Positions 33,776 to 46,767 of a stretch of DNA of 64,000 bases are shown piece by piece (positions within the stretch are counted from its first letter, which is position 1; the number at the start of each line of letters is the position of its first letter). The DNA is from Lingula anatina. Taxonomy: Eukaryota; Animalia; Brachiopoda. The stretch is from assembly GCA_051362555.1 (NCBI GenBank), contig CM120648.1, positions 7,498,587-7,562,586 on the forward strand. Direction: 5' to 3'. Under the pieces are notes generated by a model. It searched no databases. It had not been told where the DNA came from and was given only the letters and a program-made list of their open reading frames with translations. A program made the translations under genes and the position numbers.

Positions 33776-34665
33776 GTTGATGAGCTTCTGGCGATTGTCG
33801 CTTCGTATATTTCCTCAAGCAGCGCTTAATATTAAACTTGTTCGAATAATGAAACGAAGAACTGAAAAAAGGGAAATATTTTTGTGAAGTTCATTAATAG
33901 CATTCTTCAACGTAATATTTAAAAAAGTATATTTCTGGTGACCACTTTGTACACTGTACACCCGTGCTTCGTTTATACAGTACGTGCCAAAAGTAAACGC
34001 AGATATCCGTACTCTTCTGAGTTCTGCAAAACGTTATATACATTCATACGCAGTATCAACTTACCTATGATCAGAACATTATTGTAGATTTTCGATTCCA
34101 GTCCGAACCTAACAGCACATTACATGAACCAGTTTATGTACAGAATGTACTAGTACTGTGGTTATAAGAAGCATTCATGTAATGGAAAGGGGCTCAGGGA
34201 TGGTGTATGGGGGTTCGATGTAAAAAAGTACCAATATAAAATTTGATAAGCTCAAAGATATATCAGGTAAAGTACATGAGATACGTGCCTTATTAAATTA
34301 GAATATCTTGCATATATCTATGAAGCACACGTTTTGGCGGGTCCTAGGTTGAAAATGTAAATGGCGAAAAGGCTGATGCCAAGACCAGAGATAAGTTAGA
34401 GATTAGGTACTTTCACTGATACAGTATGTTTGATAAGACCAAGGTCAAGCAGAGCACAGAGCAACACGTGTCCAGTGGTATGTGTGTGAATGGTTAGCTG
34501 GGAATAGACTATGTTCTTGAATGATGAGAGAGGTACAAACTATACGTGAAAGTGACCTTGTTCTTGGGGTGTCGAATAAATACTGTCTATATATACCAGC
34601 ACGTGTCCGTTCAAGATGGGGAGAGGTAGAATCGTGTCCCTAAGACAAATTAAATAAATGGATAA

Positions 34666-34671
34666 TAAAGA

Positions 34672-34710
<39 letters not shown>
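34666..34710. repeat. (AAAT)n microsatellite (a second run at about 32970-33003)
   Basis: Directly visible tetranucleotide runs. Confidence 0.9.
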
Positions 34711-36763
34711 ATTTGCAATAGAAAGGGAAGCGGGACAAAAGGTCAAGGTCGTCTTAAATTACCTGTATATCTTTATGTCCCTCATTTGGAAATCGAGAGT
34801 TTGAAAGTGGGGCCAATAAGCTTGTCGCCTAAATACAAAGACTTTCAAGTTTCTTTCCAGAATTACTGTACCTTCTCAACGTCTGTTGTTTTGTGCAATA
34901 CAGGAAAATTTCAAATGCTTGGGACAACAAACGGTCAATGACATGGTCAATAGTACTCTTGGTCAACTGGCCAGTATATCTAGGAGTTATCGCTGTCCAG
35001 ACCTCAACTGCAGGATAACAAGCAGAGGCGGGTTAACGTTTTTGAATAGATTTCCAAATCAAAAGTTCTCCGCCTCCTACCCCCGCATAAAAGGTAAAAA
35101 AAAAAGAGACACCCAGAAACCCTAAAACGCGTTTCAATTATTTAAGATATATCCAAAATTAGTCTGTTTTCGGTCATTTTGATTCTGTAACTTGTCTTGT
35201 TTGATTTCTTTCAAGGGGAGTCCAACAAACCGCAAACTGGAAGGGAAGGGAACAGGTACCTTCTGTGTGGAACTAAGAACTAAGACCTTCATGGATTAAG
35301 GCATGCGCTGAGAGAACATATTAATAACATATATCAATAATATCTTTAAAATCATGCCAGCTAGCAGTTTGAAAGGGGGGTGGGTAACTTTGTAGCTTTG
35401 CTGGAAAAAAGGAGACCTTTTATCATGAAACTTTCATGGACTGCTTCACGCGTTAAATTTCACCCAGAGCGGACCTCTTCCCAGCGAAATGGGTAGTTTT
35501 TACGAATCTACCCCGACCTTCCTGACAACGGGCCTAACAATTGTCACCATTGAAAGCCAAGTCCCTGCAATTCATTCAACTTGTTTTTAAACCGGGCATT
35601 CCTCTCAACCTGGTTTTTCTTTCTTATTTTTCTTCTTCCTTTTCTTAGGTAGCGAAATTCGTTTATTTCTTGTTTAAACAAAATTTTTAAGGTTGAACGA
35701 ACAATGGCCAAAAGAACAGAGAGAATTCTACAAAGATGTACTTACACAACTACAAAGATGTACTTACACAATAAATAACGGACAGTCCAAATCTTTCAGC
35801 TTTTCTGTACATGTGTATTCCTTGGAGCCTCTTTGACAAAAAGTTTTTTAATGCTTGCAGTCACAATCATTAATTTGTCTGACGTCTCATTCTTTTTGTG
35901 GTGATCCTGCTTCACTTATTCAGGAGGAAAGGTCGTGGATTTGCCAACTTCAACACCCAGAATCACCCTGACAAACAAGTACGGAAAAAAGCATTTCTTC
36001 GACTCTATGATCTGGATTGTACATGTATATCGATATTCTGAATCATTCACCCAACCCGACCAAGTGCTTAAATACACAGAGGGCAGATTGCGGACAGTGA
36101 TATCGCAAGAGAGGAGAAGTGCATTGTAGCTTGTTGACGGGGAACACGCGGTATCACGCTCTGACCTTAGTTGCCATCACGTGACTTATCCCGTGCCGAA
36201 TTTCATACGCTCTGATCTCCTGATTGGTTTGGTGTTATCGACCTAAGTTCGATAATGTATGGCGTGAGACTAACAAATAAAAGTTGACCGAGAAAGAATG
36301 AATATCTGTGGGTTAAGTCATAATGATATATTATGTAAGGCATGTGTCTTACAAATGTTGGTGGATTACAGAAAGTCTCCAAAAAAGGCACTATTAGTAG
36401 TATTGTACTGTACATGAGATATGTTTATAGCAACGTCTGTGTAAATAGTCTGAATATCTTATCTTTGCATATCTAATATCAGTAGACGGATAAGAAACAT
36501 TCTAACAGTCTTGAAAACCCAAAGAATGATTTCCAAGTTGTGTTTTAACAGAAAGACAAGCGAGGAGGGATTGGAAAAAGGGTGTGATGGTGGACTGGAA
36601 GACAGAGACAGTCGCAATGGGGATGCCACCCTTATCTCTAATTTTCTGGGTCTTTCGCATGGCTGGTGTAAGCTATCTTGATAAAATGCTAACTGTGCTA
36701 AAAGTTATCATGGCCGTATTTTAAGTCTATGTCTGTTCGTCCGTCTGATGGAAGGGGGACGTT

Positions 36764-36931
36764 CAGGGGCGGTTTTAGGCCGTCTTCTGGGTCTTCCAGA
36801 AGACGGTCAGATTTTCAAGTTTACATTAAAAGGTATCTTATTTTTTTCTGTTGGAAGACACTCAAAATTGGAGGATAGATCAATAAATATAATTTGGAAG
36901 ACTGTCAGAAAATAGCTCTGGATCCGCCCTG
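36764..36931. mobile_element. Family A non-autonomous DNA transposon, inverted relative to the 43213 and 49273 copies
   Basis: Ends caggggcgg / ggatccgccctg; the internal sequence is the reverse complement of 43213-43378. Confidence 0.7.
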
Positions 36932-38780
36932 GGGAAGGGCCTCATCTCTAGTCATTTTGGATAAAATAAACGTGTTTTTGCAATGGAGGGGTGCCCTTAA
37001 ATGGTGATAGGCTTTTCGTTTTCTTCAAGCCAACCAGAAGTCTACTAACTCTTCCTTCAGTCAGCGTCCAGATGAGTTCCAGAAACTACAGGTGGTACAA
37101 ATTGCAGCGTGTTGTGATCCATCGATTGTGTTAGAGGAGACGTGTGAGTCACAGCAACTGCAACGCGGTATTTGATATCATCTTTATCATTGATGCCTTG
37201 CAAAATTTTTTCAGCTTGTGAGTAGGTTGGCATTAAAGGGACACATTTTGGAGTGGTAGATTACTATTTGGAATGTGTCCAAACGATGTGATGAAATGCG
37301 GTTATTTGGGTGTGGCCTCTGGCATAAAAATTAAAACGACAATAAGTACATGTAAATGTAAATAGTAAAAGCATATAGATAAAGAAATAAAGAAATAAAA
37401 ATCCAAAATAGATATCCGTTGATGTTGCCTGCACCCTGACATGGCGATAACTAAGCGTGCTCGACCTGCAAAATTCGTTCAGGAATGGCAACTAGAGAGA
37501 TGGTAGAGGCTCAAGAGGGAGTCATAATTAGGTAAGGGCTATTTATTCGGTAGGTTCATGCTTCAGAATCTTTCTTTTTTTTTTTGAGACAAACTATTCA
37601 AGTTAGTCTAAGTTAAGTGTAGGATTTTAAACCCATGTTTAACATGAACCACTTCTTGTTGAACTTATCTAAGGACAAGTTATACTTTTTGCTCATGCTT
37701 TAACAGAGACATCCCATGAATTAATGTTGCAAAAAAATCAAATTACCCCCTCCCCCTCCCCAACGAGACTCGCCATTCGTCAATCATCTTGACCAAAAAT
37801 CTTCTCGACTTCTTGTCTTGGCACAGTTTTAAACCACATGGAATCCAGAAGTCGGCGTGAGAATAGATCGGTGAGCATCTCGATGGGATGGTGAAATTTG
37901 AAAATCTCCAAAGCGTGGGTTAATGACTTTTGTTCCCAAGCTGAGATGTCTGAACAATGACGTGAATGAGGAATTTTAGTGGAACAGTCTGTGAGAACCA
38001 TAGAATAATCGTGTTACAGTTAGGGTGTGTCAATGCATGTATGAATGGTGATGACATTTGTTCTTCATTTGTCCGTATCTGAGGCCACTCCAAGTGTTGT
38101 TTTACAAGAAATCTACAGAACTTGCCGTTGCAGCACGTCATTGTGGGCACTTTATACTCTATTCACAGTAAAGGTATCACGAAAGGTCAAAGGAATTGGA
38201 ATGATCATGGAACTTACCTGGCTGCATTGCAACTCTCATCTCCTCAAAAGATGATGTGACCGCAGCATTTCTGACTTGGGAGTCACGTATAAATAGCGGT
38301 TGTGGTAATGTAGATATGGTGCCAGTGACTGAGTGATGATACGATTTACATTTGTTAACGTGATATACCTGTACAGGAACACACGTGTGAAATGGCATGG
38401 TTCTTACTTTTGAAATTAATTCTAAATTATTTAAAAACGGCTTATGGAGCTTTAAAGTATCTTTTAAGATACACTGCTGCGAGAAGCAACTTATCAAAAT
38501 TAAACTAATGCCATTTGCTTACGATGGAATATCCCAGCGGTTATTCGAATGCTTTTAAGTGTTGCAAATAAACTTATTCTGATTCGAAGTTGACATTTGA
38601 CGATGATTTAGGCTTAGTATTAACTCAGCTTTGGTCTCAGCTGGAACCCTCCGTCGACAAATTTCAATATACATGTATATATTTATAACAAACAAAGCTC
38701 TTTAGAGAGAGAAAGCGACTGCCGAAGATGGACTTCTTGAAAAGGATCGATAGAACGGCTCAATCATCCCCACTCGAAAA

Positions 38781-38894
38781 TACAGGGTGACCCCCCTCCC
38801 AAAAAAAAATCTCACAAAAGTCCATCAAATTTCAAGAAAAAAAAAATTTCAATAAAATTTTTTATGGGTTCTGTTTTTTTAGGGTCACCCTGTA
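38781..38894. mobile_element. Tc1/mariner-type MITE
   Basis: Perfect ends TA-CAGGGTGACC / GGTCACCCTG-TA, i.e. TA target duplication and mariner-like CAGGGTG termini. Confidence 0.7.
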
Positions 38895-40301
38895 TAAAGA
38901 CTACCAGTTGTCAATGTCAAAAATCGAAAACTGACTTTCGGATTATTTCAATATTTATTTAACCATGTCCACTGCTGAAAAAAAAAGAGGACTTTACTCT
39001 GGCGGAAATATTTTTGCGCTACCCATTGGTTTATATCTTTGACCTTCGTTGCCACTGGAGAACAAGAATAGAAAAATTATCAGACTACTTGGCAACTTTG
39101 CGTGTTGTTTTAACGCCCGTAGATGATTAAAGCATCGCCCACGAGGGAAAGAAAAAACGCATGCTTGTAATTAAATGTAAAACAGAGGAGGTGCACCCTT
39201 ACATTGTAGGACCATACGCCGGTCTCGCTGATAAAAAATAAACCCTGTGTCATTATTAAATATTTAGCGTGCTCAAGGTCATAAAGGACCACGTTCTTTT
39301 TTATAGGTAAAGGAACGAACATTTGTTGGCAGAATGTAAACTCTGATATCACAGGCCTCTAAAATAGCAGATAAAATTAAGATATATGCAATGAAATATA
39401 ACAGACTTCTATGCAGCAAACACAAAACGTTATTATAACGTTGCCAAAAAAAAAAAAAAAAAAAAAAAAAAACGTTATGATAACTTTATAAAACGTTTTG
39501 TGGTTGCTGGGTAACGGACCCTGTCCACGGGAGATCGTCACATTTGTGCTCATGATTGAAACAAAGCCACTATTTTCTATCATTAAGTAAATTTCTTTTA
39601 TTTCAATACTACAATTTCACTATTGACCGGGTTTGCTTTGGATCTGTCATCATTAGCATGGTGTGTATTAAGAGTCATGTGACAGCTACGTGTACAGTAT
39701 CTTTCTGTTGTGTTTCTTCATTCACCTGTGAAATATTTTTATGGAAACTTGCTTCAGAAGAGAGTGGATGGGGTTTGAAAATATTGAAACCTAGACTATA
39801 AAGTTCTTTGACAAAAAGTGTCCTTTTGAAATCCAGTGCTCCTAGTTCCTTAACTTAAAACCTATTTAACTCAAAGTACCATGCTAATGGCATGGATTAA
39901 GTATTTCCCGGAATCCGTTTGATAGCCTCGGATCAGTCATCATTATATATCAAAAATATATCTGCTCAAAGTTATTATCAATATCTGTCTTTTAGTGAAA
40001 TTGCCATGTGCAGATGAGCGAAGTTGCCTCAATCTTCTCTCCTGAAAGCTACGAAAGCTCTCAAATAAGATTTACATTTTCTTTTCATGAAAAAAATGGT
40101 GACTACCTTTTGAACAGGACGCACAATATCCATAGCTATTTACAGTAGTTGACAGTCGAGGCGTCCTTGACTGTCTTTGCAGTTTAGAACAGTCAAGGTG
40201 GTCTCAACTGCATTATCAGCGACATCTACAGTTCAGAACAGTCAGTTGCACCTCCAGGGAGATCCATACTTAACAGTGTCAATACACCTGAAGTAGATGA
40301 T

Positions 40302-40535
40302 CTATTTCCCAAAACAGGAAACTATCCAGACCTGACAGGCAATCCTCTGGCGTTTTTTAAACTGAAGATTAGCGCGTTTTCGCTGAACTGCCGATATCTG
40401 ATCCGCAAGTTTTGATCCGAGTTTGTCCAGCTCGTCAATTTCCCTTTCCAACTCTCGTATTTTGCTGGCGACCAAGGCTCGTTCTTTAAAGTTGTTTAGG
40501 TAAGCTTGACGACCACTGGTAAAATAATCAGGAAC
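40302..40535 (-). CDS. AstC: Terminal exon of an allatostatin-C / somatostatin-family neuropeptide precursor; predicted mature peptide pQRIACQVWIVSCF-NH2
   Basis: Strong acceptor (tttcgtttcattttag) then an open frame VPDYFTSGRQAYLNNFKERALVASKIRELEREIDELDKLGSKLADQISAVQRKRANLQFKKRQRIACQVWIVSCFGK*. It shows a helical pro-region, dibasic KR, N-terminal Gln, a C-x6-C-F ring, an amide-donor Gly and K-stop. The upstream exon is not firmly identified (candidate 41544-41440). Confidence 0.82.
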   Translation of the reverse strand, partial: VPDYFTSGRQAYLNNFKERALVASKIRELEREIDELDKLGSKLADQISAVQRKRANLQFKKRQRIACQVWIVSCFGK

Positions 40536-43212
40536 CTAAAATGAAACGAAAATTTTTGGTATGAATACGAATTATAGACCCAACACCTTAACAAAACCAT
40601 TTAATGTTACTAGTATTTAGTCGTCATGCATGCAGCACTTATGATTATTGAACGACCGAGACAAAAACCGTAGACCGTTTCCACAGGTCATATTCGCGCC
40701 ATATACTGGCCCTGATACGTCTGCTAACTTATCATGTAGGCCTACCCGCACTTATCACCTGTAGTTATGAAATTTTCATTCCTAGGACTGATGTTCCTGT
40801 CCCGGGGACTGAATTCACCATTTTGATTTAAAGAAAAAGTGGTCGTTTCTCACATATTTAACAAAATATTATGTTTTCAAGAGCTTTTGGATATACTGTA
40901 CATGTGCCTATACGAAATGGCAAGTAGGCCTACTATGTTTCGAATGGCATGCGGATTTTGAGGATCAAATAGCCTTTACTCGTAGGCTAACTATGGTCGC
41001 GCAAAATGATTATGTAGGCCTACAAGTACAGTATAGATACAATTTTTATGCACAGATTCACTTCAAATTACACTAGTAGACATTAAAAATAGGATCATAA
41101 TGAAGCAAAAGCGTCCTGATGTGGACTTAATAAATATCACTCGGTTGTTATGAAACCGCAAAAACCGCCATTACATTACAAGTCACGTCAATTGGGACTC
41201 CTCATTAGTGAATCTCTGTGTCCTCAAAGATGGAGCGGCCTGTAAACATCGCTAACGAGCCAAATGACGTGCACACGTTCGGCATAGACACGCAATCACG
41301 CGATTCGAGGATTTGCTATCCTTCGTTTTTTTTACGCTAGTCTTCGAGTACTTTGTTACTTTCTCTGAAACACATGACGGACTAACAGCGGCTGTTTCCA
41401 GAACCCTCGGATCATTTACCATGATAAACTGAAACGTACCACAGCAAAAGAAGTGAATGATGAGAAGAATAAAATAATGATGTATAAAATGAGACCCAAG
41501 AAAGAGATAAAGACGAACGGTAATATATCTTTGTGAGCTATCATAGCGGCAAAGCACTTGCGTAGTTATCGAGAAATATGGGCCCATTGAATCTGATACA
41601 GAAACCCGTTTTATAAACGAACAAAATGTGAGTGCTTGCCATTCCCCCGAGAAAGCTATTATCTGAAAAATAACAAGTATGTTTGTCTATTCACCCACGT
41701 TGGTAGATCGCAATTCGCCTTTTAATGATCAAAGGGATTTTATTGGCATCGTTATGATATTTTTGTGGGTGATAATATAGCTTAAAACTGTATTAATACT
41801 TGCGCTTCGAATAAATGTGATTGCTAGTCATAGAATGGCACTTTGCGAAGCAGTAGTATGCCGCAAAATGTCTTCACCATTTACTGTTATTAACTTAGTA
41901 AATCATGGCATAGCCAATTAATACAAAACGACCCAAAATAAATGAAGCGTACGATAAGACTGGCAAAATGGGCAATGAAAGAAAAGTATAGTACTACATG
42001 TATTTTGAAATCACCTACGAAGCAATCTGTGAAGACTGTGCGTTATCTGTGTAGTATGAGTTGAGAGAGAGAGAGAAAGAGAGAGAGAGAGACGTTGACC
42101 TCTTACAGTACATTTTTTTGAAAAAAATGCAATATCTTTTAAAACTACCCTCAGGGTCATGCCGCGAACCTCAGCTACCCCCCCCCCCCAAGCATATTTT
42201 CTCACCCTACGCCCCGGTACGTCCTCAGAAAGGAGGTGTCCTCATTGATGCCCTAGTCGACTGGGGGTCGTCTTCGTTAAGCACGTCGACAAATGGCCTC
42301 ATTACCTTACAATTATGCATGGTTAAAGCATGCTTGGTACGAAATAGTGAATGAATATAAAATTTACCAATTTGTCTCGTTGGTAGTCTTGATATCAAAT
42401 GTCATTTTTGCTTATCTTAACGGTATTAATGAAATCGTGAACATGGAATTCACCACGTTCGCGCAGAAGCATATCGGGTCGATGGTAATTAAAAAAATAC
42501 CCTAGAAAACGTGTTTGTGGAAAGCATTTTAATAAAGAGTAAGAAAACTGTCATTAATGTCATGGATTCTGTTTTTGTGTTTTTCTTTTGTGAAATAAGC
42601 TAAATCAAATTGCCAAAACGCAGTTAGTAAGTCCTTTATATACTAATTGCACGTGCAATTAAGAGTCGACCTTTGTCATTTCCTTTCTTGTTAGTGAAAT
42701 TATTGAGGACCGGATGCGGAGTATCATTAATAAAACATCTCGTTAAGGGTTACACAGTCGGTGTTTGACACTTACACAACGAAAAATTAGTTCCACTGTA
42801 AATTTCGGCACTTTTCCTTGATCACGAAATTCAACTGCATTTTACGTGTTTATCCAAATACGTTGATAAATTTAAATTTACGGTTTGTATGAATCCGTTT
42901 TTTATTAAGTTTTTAATATTGGCGTCACTATCGTAGCGAAACTAGAAAAATGAACATTTTTAGTTTCTGCGAAAAGGGAACGATGTTGTGTTCCTTACAC
43001 GTTAATATTAAAGAAATCTAAGTTGTGTTGTTTTCTGAAATTAGATTACACACAAAATTATTTCAGCCGTGCTGTTAAGGGATTACTAGAACTTGAATGT
43101 GTGTATCAGCTAGCCTACCTGCCGATTTTAGAACATTGGAAAATGCCACTTGGGTAATGAGGGCAGCAGGCTTAACCAGATTGCATCCAGGAATTTATTA
43201 AGGAGAAGTTGG

Positions 43213-43378
43213 TAGGGGCGGATTCAGAGATATTTCCTGACGGTCTTCCAAATTATCTTTGTTGATCCATCCTCCATTTTGGACCCACTTCCGACAGAAA
43301 AATAGATACCCGTCAGTGTAAACTTGAAAAACTGAAAGTCATCCGGAAGAGCCAGAAGACGGCCTCAATCCGCCCCTG
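43213..43378. mobile_element. Family A non-autonomous DNA transposon (hAT-like CAGGGGCGGAT ends)
   Basis: TIRs aggggcggatt / aatccgcccct; near-identical in sequence to 49273-49427. Confidence 0.75.
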
Positions 43379-43605
43379 GTAAATCCAAAGAGAGGTTGCC
43401 TAATTGCCATTCATTCCATGGTATGTAACGGGAATTTAACATACTCAAATTTTATCACCAGTAAATAATGTGGGACTAAGAGTACGTTTACCTTGTGTGA
43501 AAACACCTGATACCTTGGTATTTCTCCATGAAAAATAAAGACATGCCTGAAGCAAAACTATCGTTACCGGTACGTGCGATTTCATGTTTCATTTTATCTT
43601 ATTCC

Positions 43606-43607
<2 letters not shown>

Positions 43608-43675
<68 letters not shown>
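43608..43675. repeat. Compound (CT)n(CA)n microsatellite
   Basis: Directly visible. Confidence 0.95.
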
Positions 43676-44237
43676 TATTAGATTGACTTCGCTTAGTGCA
43701 TAAACATTAATCCAAAATTTTTAATTGGTTACCACCCTGGTTACAGCTTTTATGATTTCCATTATGCTCAATGAAGACCACCCTATTAATTAACTGCTTT
43801 CTGAGCATAACTATTGCAAAATCTAGTAAAAAGTCTAGGAGGCAATCATTTTATGTTAAATCGAAGTGGAGTTTTCCTCCAGCTTTATAATCCTTTCAAA
43901 CAAAGATAGAGAATCCAACAAAGAAGATTCACAAGTCGAGACCGTATACGGTTTCTCAATAAAAAGAGAGTTCTTAATCCAATCACCAATCCTTTCTCTT
44001 TATAGTGGATGGAATTAATTAAAGCGCAGACCAGGCTTCTTTAAAGTGGTAGAAAAAAATCTACTATTCCTACAATGAATTGCTTCGAATTAGTCTTGAT
44101 TTATATAATATGGAAGGGAGTGCGGTAAGTACTCTATTAATTAGCAGGGTCAATTTCACCACCAAAAGACCACTTCGCCCCAAAGTAATTGCAACAATAC
44201 CACGTGCGGTAGCTACGTAGTCCCAACGCGGGACTTG

Positions 44238-44550
44238 GAGGCCATTCAGAATGAGAAGAGACGAGTGCTAGCTAGGCCACGACCTAAATATGGCGGACTT
44301 ACAGGAAAGGAAGACCGCTTAATCCTGCAATGGTCTCTCCGCCTCTCACACGGCTCCCCACGCAGCGTCCCTAGACCGGTTGAATTGAGCCGAGTTTTAA
44401 TTACTGTGCCTCTGCAGGGACGACGTGTGGGGAGGCGTGTGAGAGGCGGAGAGACCATTACAGGATTAAGCGGTCTTCCTTTCATGTGGGTCCGTCATAT
44501 TTAGGTCGTGGCCTGGCTAGCACTCAGCTCTTCTCATTCTGAATGGCCTC
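44238..44550. mobile_element. Foldback-type MITE (PIF/Harbinger-like), almost entirely an inverted repeat
   Basis: Arms gaggccattcagaatgagaagag...gcgtccct and agggacg...ctcttctcattctgaatggcctc pair over about 130 bp; flanks TTG/TTA. Confidence 0.85.
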
Positions 44551-44760
44551 TTACATAGCGTGCTGCACTATACTTCGGTTCCATTTACAGATAACTCTCA
44601 GTGGTCTCCAAAAATATATCACCTTTCACCTATTAATCGATACCAACGACGCCGTAAACAGTGTCGACTCTGTACTCACTGCAACAATAATGAACAATTA
44701 TTTTTTCCGTTTTGACCACTCACCCCCTTTTTGTTTCATTTGCTAAAACAATAAGCACAA

Positions 44761-44907
44761 GGGGGTTCTTTTCCTGAAAAAGTGGACCTTTAAACATGAA
44801 ACCTTCGTGTATCTAGATAAAATTTAACCCAGAGGGGACCTTTTCCCTGCAAAAGGGGGTCTTTTGACCCTCTCCGACCCTCCCCTCCCTCCCTCGCAAC
44901 AGGCCTG
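44761..44907. mobile_element. 5'-truncated copy of the family B hAT-like element
   Basis: Colinear with 5585-5747. Confidence 0.7.
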
Positions 44908-45907
44908 AAGCTTTTGATACAAGTGTCATGAGAACTGCATGGTTGGCAACTCGGTAATGTGTATGCCTATCTCGCATGACTTGCCCCAGGTTTAATCACA
45001 CCAGATCACTCCCGAGGCACTCGATTCACAGCATCAATCGAGATTTAATCCCGCTCGTTCTTTCTTGACCATTCAACCGTTTCTGTCATGTCGCCACCCT
45101 TGGGGCCTCGTGCCGTTTCAGTCTGATACGGTTTTCAAAGGCAGGGCGACACGGGATTTCCTACGCGTGGTACAATAACACAATAAGTTGCCAATCTACA
45201 TCCTTGTTTATATGTATAGTACGTAGGTTACTAGTGAACACATTTCATTAGAGTCAGTTGGCTTTGTCGTTGGTACAGTCAACCGTCCCTGAACGCTTTA
45301 TTTTGAAAACGTGATCAGGGATAATAAAATACTGTGCCAAGTTGATAGCAGTAACTTCGCGGTTTCATTAAAAATTTAGTCCACAAATAAAGTTATTGAA
45401 GAGGACGGGTCTTTAAAGAACGTTCAGCTTTAAGGTGTCCGTCGGGCGATTCGCAACAACAATCACTAGGCGAATGATTGTTTCATTGTGTATTTAGCCG
45501 GAAGTGATGGCGTGGGTTATTTCAACAAACGGATTTTTAAATGTCTTTTCCCTTTTCGAATTGTCTTATTCCCCTTGTTTAACCATTCAAATCACTTTAG
45601 GTTTTCAGATCACTTTTTAAATTTCGCCCCGACTGAAATGAAAACCGTTTCTCTAGATGATCTCAAATTGCCATCTTTGCAGCTATTAACTGTGAATCAT
45701 TGAATGATCGAATACAGTGGCTTTAAATAATACTTCTTGTTTCGCTCTGATACAATCGAAGCCTACAGTATGTGCCTTTTTAATTAATAACTCCTCATGA
45801 AATATCCAAATTTATATTGATATAGTGCATGCTCAGTGCCCTCCCGTTATTGCCTCCCACACTGCTGAGTCAAAGTTTTCAACGTTTCGACAAATTAAGA
45901 ACTCTAA

Positions 45908-46107
45908 GGGAGCATTCAGAGCAAGTTGGTCCGCGGACTAACAGATCCGCGGATTAAATGAGGCCGACCCATTTGAAAACTTGCCGCATAATCCCCGGAT
46001 TGAATATATTCCACGCGAGGATTACGCGGTAAGATTTCAAGAGGGTCGGCTATATTTGATCCGCGGATCTGTTTGTCCGCGGATCAATTTTCGTTGTGAA
46101 TGCGGCA
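45908..46107. mobile_element. PIF/Harbinger-like MITE with TAA TSD and internal TCCGCGGA palindromes
   Basis: taa|gggagcattcag ... gtgaatgcggca|taa with long imperfect inverted arms; a fragment occurs at about 20050-20100. Confidence 0.75.
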
Positions 46108-46767
46108 TAATTGAGGCTAAGGTACAACCACACCAAGAAGAATTAATCAAGGAAGCTATTCACAGCTGCGGCATGTACGCGGTCTGTCTTGGGTAATCAT
46201 ATCTTGGAAACAATTGCTGTGGACCTGGAAAAGCATCGGTCTCAGAGGAGGCCAAACATTATCGGCCCTCAGCAGATATTAAACAATTTATGTGTCAGTT
46301 CGAAATGATCAATTTCGGTCGCAGTAGACACTGAACTCTTTCACTATCTATCACACTGTAAGAATTCATGAATGATTTTTATCGTCAATATCCGCACGTT
46401 GTCTAAAATGGAAAACAACGCGCGGGTTGTACAATGTAAATGAAATGATTAATCGGCTTGGTCTGGTCTCCTTGGAGCAATAATCTCGTACGAAAGTTAA
46501 GGAAGACAATGTATCTGTATCTATCTGTATCTGTCCATATACGTCTAAGAAGACCACTGCTGGTATGAAAGCATGCACCATCTACGCTTAACAGATATTT
46601 TTGTATTTGAATGACTCAATCACCATATAGGCCCCACTTGGTTATTTAGCAAGAAAACGTATTTGGACGCTCATTTTTCTATGTCAAGTACCGGTAGCTG
46701 GAGGAAGAGTTGGGAAAATGTCAAAGTTACCTCGATCGTGAATGATCTTAAATGATATGGAAGTAAA

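Noticed and set aside
35728-35771. Perfect 22-bp tandem duplication (ctacaaagatgtacttacacaa x2)
   Set aside because: Two adjacent copies with no spacer; a simple slippage duplication, not a CRISPR-like array.
37780-38497. Overlapping - strand ORFs of 73-106 aa with a cag|gtaagt donor near 38218
   Set aside because: No recognisable domain and no phase-consistent exon chain; possibly old TE or pseudogene debris, but unsupported.
24472-40535. Ligand-receptor cluster: AstC-type peptide next to two GPCR genes
   Set aside because: AstC/somatostatin receptors are rhodopsin-class. The neighbours are a family-B/adhesion-type and a GPR157/CAR-type receptor, so no pairing is supported.
44235-44504. 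89-aa and 79-aa ORFs on opposite strands
   Set aside because: They lie within a palindromic MITE and show no transposase motifs.
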